NCBI GenBank assembly: GCA_020184695.1
Contig: JAANOX010000191.1
Location: forward strand, 124,001 to 188,000
Reading direction: 5' to 3'
From: Histomonas meleagridis 2922-C6/04-290x
Lineage: Eukaryota > Protista > Parabasalia
DNA length: 64,000 nucleotides
Position numbers and translations under genes: made by a program. Below the pieces are notes generated by a model that ran no database searches, was not told the DNA's origin, and saw nothing but the letters and a program-made list of their open reading frames with translations. This document shows positions 32,880 to 43,707 of the stretch, piece after piece (the stretch's first letter is position 1; each line of letters begins with the position of its first letter).

Positions 32880-33311
32880 TTAGAATTTAAGTGGCTTGAA
32901 TAACCATGGCATCTTTCCATTGAGATACTTCTGACGGAGAACTTTGGTAACAGCTTGAAGCTCTGCCTTCTTTTGTTGTGTGTCTTCCATGGACTTGATT
33001 ACTTGATCTGGTTTAACCTTGTTCCAAAAGTCATCATCTTTCATAGTATGACGAGTTAGAAGAAGGTGATTAAAGTTAACAGTTTTAACGAAAACCTTGA
33101 TCTGTGTACGCTTAACGAGTGTCTTTTGTGGCATGTCCTTAGTAAGTTTCTTAGGTGACTTGCTAATACCTAAAACAACTGCATGTGGATACTTTCTAGC
33201 TTCTGTTGGTTCTGGGTATGCTTGCAAAACAATTGCTTTATTACCTGCGTGACGACCACTAAGAAGAATTACAAAACGACCTGGTTGCAAGAGGGTTTTT
33301 TGGGTAGACAT
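32880..33311 (-). CDS. RPL27: 60S ribosomal protein L27 (eL27)
   Basis: LLQPGRFVILLSGRHAGNKAIV...YPHAVVLGI...IKVFVKTVNFNHLLLTR...WLFKPLKF. Higher GC, ribosomal-protein-like codon usage. Confidence 0.96.
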   Translation of the reverse strand: MSTQKTLLQPGRFVILLSGRHAGNKAIVLQAYPEPTEARKYPHAVVLGISKSPKKLTKDMPQKTLVKRTQIKVFVKTVNFNHLLLTRHTMKDDDFWNKVKPDQVIKSMEDTQQKKAELQAVTKVLRQKYLNGKMPWLFKPLKF

Positions 33312-33432
33312 TGATCAAAGTGCTGGGCCAAACAAACCTTGTGAAATTGTATTTCCAGTAAAACGACACTTTTTTGAAACCAGTTGTACTTTGGAAATGT
33401 ACAAATTTTGTTCCAAAACATCATATGAATAA

Positions 33433-33574
33433 ATGCAAAAGGATCTTTTGAGAGGGCGCCGCATGTAAAAGGTGTCGTGGTGTTATCCGTTCTTATGGAA
33501 TCAACACGTGTAGAAGATGTTTTCGTGAACTCTGCCAACTTATAGGATTCAAGAAATATAACCAAATAAACTAA
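33433..33574 (+). pseudogene. 40S ribosomal protein S29 (uS14)-like sequence with a broken N-terminus
   Basis: [33 protein letters not shown] matches S29. ATG at 33433 reads [11 protein letters not shown] and needs a +1 shift to enter the CKRC frame. Not in the ORF track. Confidence 0.65.
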
Positions 33575-33874
33575 GCCGTTGTGATCTTGAATTATTTCTT
33601 GAATGTATAATTTTTTATTCAAATTATTTTCAATTTCTTTTAAAAAATTTTAATACAGTAATAGCAAAGAAGCTTTCTGATAACTCGTTTTATATTGTTT
33701 TTCTTTTACTGTGATTGGAATCTTTGGTTTTTCAAGAATTTCATTTTAAATAATGAAAAAATTTTTCTGACAATTGATAATTCTGAATTTCGCGCCATAA
33801 AAAAATTTCATTCAAATATATATCGGCATTATGGAATTTTAGCGCACTTTTTCAATTTTAGTGGCACTTTTTAG

Positions 33875-36800
33875 ATGCAAGAAGTAGCCCAGGTTTTAAA
33901 TAACGAAAATGAAAACATTATCATTGATTTAATTCATTTCTTGCACAAAAATCACGCCGAGATACAAAATATGGAAAACATTCAGCGACTCGTTGAATTT
34001 TCACAACATTTATTTTCATCAATTAATCTTTATCAAGAAAGTATCTCGCAAAAGCAATGGGTCCATTTACTTGAAATTTCATACCTATTTGCTCTTTCTT
34101 TATGTCCTTTAGGTGCAAAATTTTTACCCATTGAAACATGTGATACTACCACGGGTTTTACTTTTATGACAACCTTAATGATTATTAGCAAGAAGAAACC
34201 ACAACGGGGGTTATTCCAAATAGTTCGACCATATTATCATCAAGCACTTGAATGTATTAAAAAAGGATTTTCATCAAAAGGTTATTATGTGCGAACCCCA
34301 CTTTATTATTACTTTCTAATTCCATCCATGCTTAAGCAAAAAGATGCGATTTATGATCCAAATGATATTCATGAATTTTTTGAAATCATTCATGGTCTTG
34401 ATCCTAATGATATTAATCATGATTTAGTTGTATTTGGTTCAGGGGTATTAAAGATTTTTATTACATCTCATAATTTTACACCAAAAATGAAACAAATTTT
34501 TGATGTTTTTTTCCATCTCACACAAAACAAGCCAAATATCTTTTTATCACATTTTTTTTATTTTTGGGCATATTTCATTAAATATTCAATCAATGTTTTT
34601 ACTAATGATGTTATTTTAGGACAAATTGATACTGTTACTAAATTAATGATACAAATTTGTCCGATGAAATATCATGAATTAAATCGTAATTATAAATGGA
34701 CTACATTAATTTATTTTTATGATTTTATGCTTAAGGATCAATTTAAAGATCATATTATATTTCAAGAACGAATATTATCATTAATATGTAATGGAATTCA
34801 TAATGTTTCTAATATCGAAGGATCATTTAAAATGGCAGATGCAATCAAATATTTATCAAGAATTTATATCGAACAAATAAATCAAAAAACTTGGCTCTTC
34901 GATCGTTTATTTAATTGCGTGAATCAACTTGTATTACGATTAAGGCATGAAGCTAAAAAAGTCGTTGGAATAAAATTTAATAACTCAGTGTTAAAATGTA
35001 AACTAGTCAAACAGAAAGTCACTTTTTCAGAGCAAAAAAATGATTTGAATGAATGTTCCCTCGATTCAATGATTTACTCGCTATATCCGTTATATCTATT
35101 TAATGATTTAAATGATGCTTTTAAATATTTTGATCAATATTATCATATAGTTGAAATGATTCGATCACATATTAATATTTATGCATTAATTCATATACAA
35201 ACCACACAAGTTTTAAGTCGAATTGATAAAACTTCATGCGAGAAATTACATGGAATGTATTTACTCGAATTATTTCATACGTGGTCAAAGTTTTTATTAA
35301 CTTTATCATTTGCTCATTGTGTTTCATTAACTTTCCAAGATTATGAAATCGATAAATGTTCGATATTTCCTAATGAATATCGACGATTTTATAAAAACAT
35401 CGAAAAACAATTATATTTTCCGACGTTATTTTCTAATTTATTTGAATCATTTTCTGTAATACCTGTTGAATATTTCCCAGAGATTGCTTATGATATAGCA
35501 ACTCAAATGTTTAAAGCATTAAAAAAAGGAAGGTTGACCATATTATTTTTAAGTCATTTTTATGATTTTCAATTTAACATTGATGCACAAAATTATAACA
35601 AATGTTTTTTTACACATTTATTAGGTAAAATGTTTGAAATCGCAGTAGAAAATTTATCGATGTTTAATTCACAATCAAATCGTGATGCTAATTTAATACA
35701 TTCATGGGTTTTAATTACCATTCGTTTTGGTTTAATGAACCCATCGAATAATACAAATTTTGTTTTGTATATATTTTTGAGAACTTATCGTCACGTGTTT
35801 TCAACGGTTTTACTAGTCAATATAAAAACGGTTTCGCATCAAAGTTTAGCGTTAAAGACGATTTCGATTTTTTTGGAAGAATTAAAAAAGAGTTCTAATG
35901 AACAAGTGGTCGATACGCCTAAGAAGAAGTCATCGAATAATCAACGAAAAGCAATTTTCTTTGATGATATTCAAGATAATGCAAAATTTGAATCATTAGA
36001 TACCATTTTAACGTTATATATTGAAAAGCCCAAATTTATCAAATTCAAATATTTAGTCCCTTTTTTAGATGAAGCATTTAAGTCTAAGATCCCTAATTTA
36101 GTATCCAAAGCAGCGACAATATTTTTAACCAAATTCAAGGTCGAAAAAGCTAAAAAATATATATCACAAAGTGAAACATATTGTTCATTATTTAATTCAT
36201 TTTTTGATACATTACCACAAATTGATTCGAATATATCACATGAGATTTTACGGATTTTACCTGTATATTCAACATTATTTTTATCTAAGCCTCAACGCTT
36301 TTTTTCATCATTAAAATCGATAAAAATTAAAGAACTTGGATTCGATATGGATTTAGTATTAAGGGAAATATTATTTCATTTAGATTATAATGAATCGAAT
36401 ATATCATATGTGTTTAACTTAATACAAATCTGTTTTGAAGTTGTTTTAGAGAATTTAATATGTTCACCACATGAATATAAAAAAGTATTAATGCATTTGA
36501 TTAAAATATTTTGTTTTTGTTGGTGTTTTGATAATCTTAAGCCCCAAATTTCGAATTATTCGAATTATTTAATATCGAAATTTGGCGATGCTTTTGTTAT
36601 AGGTCGATCTAATACATTTATAATGTGTTTATTTTATGAAGCCGGATCAAATCGATCGCATATATCACAAGTTGCTAATAGTTTATCGAAGAAATTCTTT
36701 AAATATATCCAAAACAAACCTATAAATGAAGAATTAATGAACAAAACAGTTAAACAATTATTATCATCTTTAAAGAATTCATCAAGTTTATTCTCAATGC

Positions 36801-39800
36801 TTTGTGGGTTATCAATGTTTGTACAATATTTCCCAAAATATATTCGATTAGATCATATTTGTTCTTTTTTAATCCAAACTATTGATGAACAAGCTAATGA
36901 TAAAACATTTGGGAAAATATTAAATTCGTTATTAAAAAAGTTCTTATTAATTTCGGATGATGAAACTAAAAAAGAATTTGTACAAATGGCTTTTGATATT
37001 ACTTGTCCTTTATCGATAGTAGTACGACTTATATTAATGAAACGAGCAAAAAAATTGAGAATTCCTTTACAATATAATTCATTTAATGAAATTGAACAAT
37101 GTTCTTCACCTTATTTATATTTACAAAGACTTTCATTTGTATTTTTATGTGATTTAAAAACACCTTTTAAAATGACACCTGAAATAAAAAATAAAATCGA
37201 TGAAATATTTACTACAAATCATTCACAAATGTCTATCGAAAAGTTATTACGTTTATTATGTTTCATTTTGACTATTTTAAAAACGCCGGAAATATTTCAT
37301 ATGTTTCAATCAAGTGATGGAATATTAAAACTTTTATGTAATTCTTTATATATGAGATATTCACCTATTATTCTAATCACGAAAAAATGTTTTGAAACAT
37401 TACAAAAGTTTTCGAAAGTTTATGATTTTTATGGTCAATATGTAGATAATATATGTGAATGTATTAATATTGATCATTTACAAAAGTCATTTCATAACTT
37501 TCAAAACATCGAAAATCAAATTGTTATATGTTATCGATTAATAAGTTTTTTTCCAGATAATAAAAGATTAATTGATTTAATTCATATTATAATTGATGCA
37601 TTTAAAGATTATACTGAAAAACCAATTAATGAACAAATGAAATATTTATCGATATTTATCCAAATGTTAAAAATATTTTCGATACAAGAATTTATTAATA
37701 TACCAATAATTAAACATCATCTATTACATGATATAACAAATGAATCGAAATCACCATTAAAATTTTATATCGATAAAATCATTGAATTATTTAATGATTC
37801 ATTAATATGTTTTAATTCAATATCACAAAAATATATAAATAAATTCTTAATTATATTCCCTGATGAAACTATAATAATATTATTAGAACATGAAAATTCA
37901 TTAAACTCTTTACGATTCTTAAAGAATTTAATAATTAATGATAATACAAATACATTTTATAATTCTTTTATTGGTTATTTAGATAGAATTGAATCTTATA
38001 CATTAATAAAGCCATCGATTTTTAAGTTAACTAAACAAATCACTAAATTAAAACGATTTAATCAACAAGAAAATTTATTAATGATATTATTAAAACATTT
38101 TAATATATTATTAGAAAGAGTTTCGAATAAACCAGAATATAATTCTTATGATATTAATTTATTAACAGATTTATCATTAACTTTAATTAATATGATGAAT
38201 GAATTTACTAATTTAGAATTAATAATACAATTTAGTAATTTATTCATTAATCCTTATTTCATACGAACGAATGTCCAAACGTTATTCATTGAGAAAATAT
38301 TTAAAAACATTTCAACTGATTTATTACATCAATTACTTCAATTCATTGAAAATAATATTGAAACTATTTCACCATTTTTATTAAATTTATTATTACCAAA
38401 TATTGTAAAATATTCGGATCAAAACATTCAAAAATATATTTTAGATTTAATAATAAATTGGTTACCACAATATCAACAACATTTATTAACATTTATTCAT
38501 ACAATATATAAACTTATTGTACGAATTCAACCTTCAGCTTTTTCATTAGCAATAATTTCTGATTTATTAAAGACTACAATCACTAATTCTAATACAGAAT
38601 TAATAATATATTCATTAAAAATTATAATATTTTTAGCTTCAAATGATTTATTACCGAATGATTTATATTATTTAGTGTTTTTACAATTACTTCAATCATC
38701 ACATTTCTTAGAATCCCCATATTTAGAATATTTTATGAAGTTCTTAAAATGTCGAATTGATTTATTTGATGATATGCCACAAAAATATATTGAACCATTT
38801 TTATCAAATATACAACGTATGTTTTATATATTAACAGATTTAAAAAAAATGCTTTATCCTTCTACATCTATATTTGTGACAGTACCTTCATTACAAAATT
38901 ATTTACCTTTTTCTTTAATAAATTCCGTTTCTATTTTCTTAGAAAGTAAAATAAATTCTGGTATTAATCAATCAGAAGAAAAAGAAATAATGGAAACATT
39001 TGTCTGTGCGTTAAATTTTTGTAAAAATGTAACTAATTTAACTGATAAAGAATTAAATGCATTTGCTTTTATTTGTTTTCATTATATTGAAATCCAATCA
39101 TTAAATAAAATGAAAGAAGATTTTTTAGATTCATTTTATCATATATTAATACATAATAATATTCAAACATTTCCACGGAATTTATTAAACTTAATAACTA
39201 TCATTGATTTAAATTCATTTGGATTAATTTGTTGTTCTGCTAAAATCGATACAAATATATTTCTAACAGAATATATCGAATTATTTGATAAATTATTAAA
39301 ATGTATTGAATCAGCTTCACCTATAATGTATTCAGTGATTTTATTTGATGTTTTTATTTCATCGATTATGGAATATCCAAATTTATCGACACAAATTAAA
39401 AACTCATTAACTAAAACATTTACTGAATTAATCCATAAATATTCACGTAGTATTCCTACATTAAAACCTTATTTATCATCATTAATTATCATCATTGCTA
39501 AATCGATTATGAAACAACAAAATTATACTGATTTCCATCAATATATTTATTTATTAAATAGTATAGCTGATGATAGTGAAATTATTACAAATTTCTTATT
39601 CGAATATATAGAATTTATATCATTTGAATCTCAATATTCTTATGTAGAAAATATTATATTAAATATAGAAAATAATAAAAAATCAATTAATTTGTTCTTA
39701 AAAAAAATTCCTTTCTTTTATTCATCAGATAAAATTTTATTAAATACAAAAAAATTAATTACTGATAATTTAATTCGTTTTTTAATTATTGATGAAACAA

Positions 39801-42800
39801 TTAATTTCGATAAAATAATTTCTGTAATTAAAGATTATAAACCTGAAATTGGATCTGATTTAATTGACAAATATTATTTCCAAATATATTTAATTCAAGC
39901 TTATCGAACTAAAGATTCAACAATTTTAATATATTTAGATAAAGTTATTTCTATAATACCTAAAGATAATGAGAAAAAAATCGAATTCTTATTTGAAAAT
40001 ATTACTATTAAAATGTGGGAAGATGAATTTTTACCAATAATTATTGCAATATTATCACCGAAATATAAAATTTGGAAACCTTTGTTTGCATTATCTCATT
40101 CTTTAATATCAATAAGTGATGATTTAATATCAATAACATTTAATTTAATGATTAATCAACAAAATGAATTTTTGTTTCTTAAATTATTAGAGAATTTACT
40201 TAAACAAGAAAATAAATCGAAATTAACAAAAATTATTTCTGGTTTAATTAAAACATTTTATTTAGCTCAAATTAAAATCCCGTATAAACTTGCCGAAAAA
40301 GCTATTAAAATATCCGGTAACTTTCATTTATTAGAATTCTTTTCAACAATTGAATCAGTTCCAATGAATAAATTCTTATTACCACATGAAGCTAATGATT
40401 TCATTTATAGTATTTATCGACCATTTTTAACGAAACGTCAATTGTCATGTGTATTAATGACATTTTTAGGTCAATATGAAGCAGCTAAATCAATATATTT
40501 AAATGAAGATAATCAAAACTCTTTTATGGAATCAATGGCAAAAGTTAATAATTATTTATTAGTTGAAAATGATTCAATTGAAGCAATTTTAATGCCATTA
40601 AATCAAATCGATCGAAATGATTCTATTTATTTATCATTAATAGAAGCAACTAATGCATTTAAGAATAATGATACAGAACGACTACAAATATTATTACAAA
40701 ACATTGAAAACTCTAATTTAATTATGGCAATCAATAAAAATAATTTATCAATATATCAAAAAGAAAAAATTACGATCATTCAAGCAATGGTTAATATATT
40801 AAATGGTAATCCAGTAGCTAATAACACGGTATGTTGTATCAATCATTCTTTTTCATCTGTATTATTTAAGTTCAAACAATATATACATAATATGATAAAT
40901 CAACATGAATTCATTATCGAAAATGACTCGAATGCGTTCTTATTATTAATGCCATCAATGCGTACACAGTTTCGTCGTGTTGCAGGGTGTACTACACGAG
41001 GAATGATCGCATTATCTAAAGAACATATTGATGAATATTTCCAAAAGATTTCACAAAAAATTACAAACAATCAAATGAAACTTAGTGATTGGTTTAAATT
41101 CGCTGCTGTTTCTTTTAATGTATATTTAGCACAACCATCGAAAGATACATTTAAGACATCATTTGGTGCATATTCACGTTTGTTTTCATTTGGTCTTCAA
41201 TTACCTCAATATATGATAAATGAAGCAGCTGCACGTGTTATTACAATGATTCGTTTTGCTTTATATAAATCAAATGAAACATATATTGAAATCATCAAAA
41301 ACTTATCATCAATATTTAGTTTAGAAAATGGAGCGATTTGGACTTTTTGGCTTCAACAAATTGTAGAATTAGCTCGTGCACCTTGGTTTTATGATATGAC
41401 AAAACATTTGTTCCAACAAATGGCTTATCGATCATTAATGTATTCACGGAAAGATAAAAATGAATTTCTCGAAAAATCATTAATCAAATATTTATATGAA
41501 CATCCATCTCAACAAATATCAATGATGAATATATGTGAAAACTTTATGAATTCATTATTTAATGAAGTAGATTTTAACTCTAAGAAAACTCAAACGAAAT
41601 TATATAACTTCGTACAAGAAATATTAAAAATGAAAAATTCCTCAATTAATAAAATTAATGACTTAATAACAATACGACAAAAATTACCGGAAAATATGTT
41701 CGAACGTTCATTAAATCAATTAACATATTCACAAATCGAATTAATTGGTGATTTCCAAACATTTGCAACTACAATTAAATCAATGGATACAAATTCCATT
41801 ATTAAATATATTCAAGAAATGACAAATTCTAAACAATCATTAATCGAAATCCAACAAAACATATCCGAGAAAACACAAAAAACTAATCAAAACCTTCCAT
41901 TCATATTTCCTTTACGACTTGAATATCAATCACAAATATCTATTCTTCAAATTATTGATGACTTCGAAGTATTATCACCAGATATTATCATCTTTAAAAT
42001 GGTAACAACAAATCAATCATGGCCATATTATATGGTACAAAAAGCAAATGGTATTAATGGCTTTCATAAATCTTTAATTACGCTAGGAAACTCATTATAT
42101 TTATTCAAGTTAATGTTCCAACAAAGTTATAATACACGTAGAAGAAGTTTCACTATTTTCCCTTCACAATTCTTCGAAATCGGTACTTCGTTCATTTTTA
42201 CTCCATTAACTTCTCATCCGACGACATTTGAAGATTTATTCACTCGAAGTATAATGATAACAAGTGATGAATGGTTAAACAAATATGTGATCACTAAAGA
42301 CATCGGAAATAATAAAAAGAAAAGTATTGTAACTAATGAAGGAAGACAAAGTATATCAATGTTCCCAACACATATCTTAAAGCAAGCAATGTTAGCGAAA
42401 GTTACAAAGAGTGAATACTTTGCAGTACTTCCAATATTAGCGAAGTCATTTTCTGTTTCTTGTTTATTACATCATTTTTTTAATGGTAAATATCCGTCGA
42501 TGTTACATCACATTTGTTGTTTCTCAACAGCAATTGTACCTTTGATACATTCCGATTTCGATAAAGGAACAATTACTTCAATCGAAAAAAGAAATTCGTC
42601 TTCTTTTCGCTTGGCAAAAAATCATTTAGAAGCAATGGGTATATATGGAGAAGGTGAATTCGTATTAACTTTCGCAGCTGTTTCTGAATTGTTCATAAAG
42701 AATATCGAAAGTGTTCAGTCGTACTTGGAGGCAATGATTGGTGATGAAGACGTAGATGTGATGCGAGACGAAGAGTTGTTAAGAAGTAGAAGAGAGAAGT

Positions 42801-42949
42801 TGGAGAAAAGAATTGTGAAGTTCTCCCCGCCAAGAATGCCAGACGTGCGCCCGGAGGAGGGAGAGATGTGGATAGAGAACATAGAGAAGTGTATAGAGAA
42901 GGCAAAGAACCCCGAGATACAGCCAATAGAAGCGATACCCTGGTTCTAG
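33875..42949 (+). CDS. Giant HEAT/FAT protein with PIKK-like C-terminus, TRRAP/Tra1-like
   Basis: 3024 aa helical solenoid ending in a FATC-like AKNPEIQPIEAIPWF* (TRRAP/Tra1 end in PWL/PWF). No recognisable DRH/DFG kinase motifs, consistent with a pseudokinase. Confidence 0.6.
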   Translation: MQEVAQVLNNENENIIIDLIHFLHKNHAEIQNMENIQRLVEFSQHLFSSINLYQESISQKQWVHLLEISYLFALSLCPLGAKFLPIETCDTTTGFTFMTTLMIISKKKPQRGLFQIVRPYYHQALECIKKGFSSKGYYVRTPLYYYFLIPSMLKQKDAIYDPNDIHEFFEIIHGLDPNDINHDLVVFGSGVLKIFITSHNFTPKMKQIFDVFFHLTQNKPNIFLSHFFYFWAYFIKYSINVFTNDVILGQIDTVTKLMIQICPMKYHELNRNYKWTTLIYFYDFMLKDQFKDHIIFQERILSLICNGIHNVSNIEGSFKMADAIKYLSRIYIEQINQKTWLFDRLFNCVNQLVLRLRHEAKKVVGIKFNNSVLKCKLVKQKVTFSEQKNDLNECSLDSMIYSLYPLYLFNDLNDAFKYFDQYYHIVEMIRSHINIYALIHIQTTQVLSRIDKTSCEKLHGMYLLELFHTWSKFLLTLSFAHCVSLTFQDYEIDKCSIFPNEYRRFYKNIEKQLYFPTLFSNLFESFSVIPVEYFPEIAYDIATQMFKALKKGRLTILFLSHFYDFQFNIDAQNYNKCFFTHLLGKMFEIAVENLSMFNSQSNRDANLIHSWVLITIRFGLMNPSNNTNFVLYIFLRTYRHVFSTVLLVNIKTVSHQSLALKTISIFLEELKKSSNEQVVDTPKKKSSNNQRKAIFFDDIQDNAKFESLDTILTLYIEKPKFIKFKYLVPFLDEAFKSKIPNLVSKAATIFLTKFKVEKAKKYISQSETYCSLFNSFFDTLPQIDSNISHEILRILPVYSTLFLSKPQRFFSSLKSIKIKELGFDMDLVLREILFHLDYNESNISYVFNLIQICFEVVLENLICSPHEYKKVLMHLIKIFCFCWCFDNLKPQISNYSNYLISKFGDAFVIGRSNTFIMCLFYEAGSNRSHISQVANSLSKKFFKYIQNKPINEELMNKTVKQLLSSLKNSSSLFSMLCGLSMFVQYFPKYIRLDHICSFLIQTIDEQANDKTFGKILNSLLKKFLLISDDETKKEFVQMAFDITCPLSIVVRLILMKRAKKLRIPLQYNSFNEIEQCSSPYLYLQRLSFVFLCDLKTPFKMTPEIKNKIDEIFTTNHSQMSIEKLLRLLCFILTILKTPEIFHMFQSSDGILKLLCNSLYMRYSPIILITKKCFETLQKFSKVYDFYGQYVDNICECINIDHLQKSFHNFQNIENQIVICYRLISFFPDNKRLIDLIHIIIDAFKDYTEKPINEQMKYLSIFIQMLKIFSIQEFINIPIIKHHLLHDITNESKSPLKFYIDKIIELFNDSLICFNSISQKYINKFLIIFPDETIIILLEHENSLNSLRFLKNLIINDNTNTFYNSFIGYLDRIESYTLIKPSIFKLTKQITKLKRFNQQENLLMILLKHFNILLERVSNKPEYNSYDINLLTDLSLTLINMMNEFTNLELIIQFSNLFINPYFIRTNVQTLFIEKIFKNISTDLLHQLLQFIENNIETISPFLLNLLLPNIVKYSDQNIQKYILDLIINWLPQYQQHLLTFIHTIYKLIVRIQPSAFSLAIISDLLKTTITNSNTELIIYSLKIIIFLASNDLLPNDLYYLVFLQLLQSSHFLESPYLEYFMKFLKCRIDLFDDMPQKYIEPFLSNIQRMFYILTDLKKMLYPSTSIFVTVPSLQNYLPFSLINSVSIFLESKINSGINQSEEKEIMETFVCALNFCKNVTNLTDKELNAFAFICFHYIEIQSLNKMKEDFLDSFYHILIHNNIQTFPRNLLNLITIIDLNSFGLICCSAKIDTNIFLTEYIELFDKLLKCIESASPIMYSVILFDVFISSIMEYPNLSTQIKNSLTKTFTELIHKYSRSIPTLKPYLSSLIIIIAKSIMKQQNYTDFHQYIYLLNSIADDSEIITNFLFEYIEFISFESQYSYVENIILNIENNKKSINLFLKKIPFFYSSDKILLNTKKLITDNLIRFLIIDETINFDKIISVIKDYKPEIGSDLIDKYYFQIYLIQAYRTKDSTILIYLDKVISIIPKDNEKKIEFLFENITIKMWEDEFLPIIIAILSPKYKIWKPLFALSHSLISISDDLISITFNLMINQQNEFLFLKLLENLLKQENKSKLTKIISGLIKTFYLAQIKIPYKLAEKAIKISGNFHLLEFFSTIESVPMNKFLLPHEANDFIYSIYRPFLTKRQLSCVLMTFLGQYEAAKSIYLNEDNQNSFMESMAKVNNYLLVENDSIEAILMPLNQIDRNDSIYLSLIEATNAFKNNDTERLQILLQNIENSNLIMAINKNNLSIYQKEKITIIQAMVNILNGNPVANNTVCCINHSFSSVLFKFKQYIHNMINQHEFIIENDSNAFLLLMPSMRTQFRRVAGCTTRGMIALSKEHIDEYFQKISQKITNNQMKLSDWFKFAAVSFNVYLAQPSKDTFKTSFGAYSRLFSFGLQLPQYMINEAAARVITMIRFALYKSNETYIEIIKNLSSIFSLENGAIWTFWLQQIVELARAPWFYDMTKHLFQQMAYRSLMYSRKDKNEFLEKSLIKYLYEHPSQQISMMNICENFMNSLFNEVDFNSKKTQTKLYNFVQEILKMKNSSINKINDLITIRQKLPENMFERSLNQLTYSQIELIGDFQTFATTIKSMDTNSIIKYIQEMTNSKQSLIEIQQNISEKTQKTNQNLPFIFPLRLEYQSQISILQIIDDFEVLSPDIIIFKMVTTNQSWPYYMVQKANGINGFHKSLITLGNSLYLFKLMFQQSYNTRRRSFTIFPSQFFEIGTSFIFTPLTSHPTTFEDLFTRSIMITSDEWLNKYVITKDIGNNKKKSIVTNEGRQSISMFPTHILKQAMLAKVTKSEYFAVLPILAKSFSVSCLLHHFFNGKYPSMLHHICCFSTAIVPLIHSDFDKGTITSIEKRNSSSFRLAKNHLEAMGIYGEGEFVLTFAAVSELFIKNIESVQSYLEAMIGDEDVDVMRDEELLRSRREKLEKRIVKFSPPRMPDVRPEEGEMWIENIEKCIEKAKNPEIQPIEAIPWF

Positions 42950-43178
42950 ACATTACTGTTTGAAGATTTATAAATAAAAAAAAAATAAAATGTGAAAAAT
43001 GTTTCTTTTGCTTTGAGTTGAGAAGAAGTATCAATTATGTGTTCGTTTTGTTGAAAATGATTTCAATTAATATTTAAATGCAAAAGTTCAGCGATTTCTT
43101 ATTTCACGGGTAAATATTCTGTTTACAATTGAAGCTATCAATCGCAATATTTATTTTAATAATTTATTATTTCAAAAC

Positions 43179-43350
43179 AATATTTGGAAATTATTCAAAT
43201 TACATCATATAGCACTTGTTTGTACATCTTTAAAAGGTCATATTACACTAAAATAGTTAAATTACTTGAAAATTGTAAAAAAAAATTTTTAAAGCACTTA
43301 ATGAAGCATCTAAAAGATGTAACATAAACATGGTTAAATTGTTACTTGAA
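43179..43350 (+). pseudogene. Ankyrin-array remnant preceded by the same spacer signature as the 60-kb array
   Basis: aatatttggaaattattcaaa, then LHHIALVCTSLKGH...(shift)KIVKLLE, then KALNEASKRCNINMVKLLLEQQRID. Confidence 0.55.
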
Positions 43351-43707
43351 CAACAAAGAATTGATACTCCACCGTTAAACATGAACTCGCTTCCATCAAA
43401 AATACACAGAAAACATTATTTCTTATGCAATGCATGCGGAGTCCTTCCCCCAATGCATATATCCTAAGTTGTTTCTAAGGTTATATGGTGACTTTGGCCA
43501 ACAATCATTTTCAGATGACGGGTAATTCCATGTTTTTTTGTTCATAATGTAAATATTTAGTTATTTGATTTGCCTGGTTTAACCTTTACCTATAGATTAG
43601 AAGCTCGAATTTTTATAAGCTGTTCATTTTCAAAATTCTTTTTTTAACGTTAAAATTTTTGAATTTAGTTTTATTTAAAAGTGCACTTGAGGCAAAAATA
43701 GTATATT

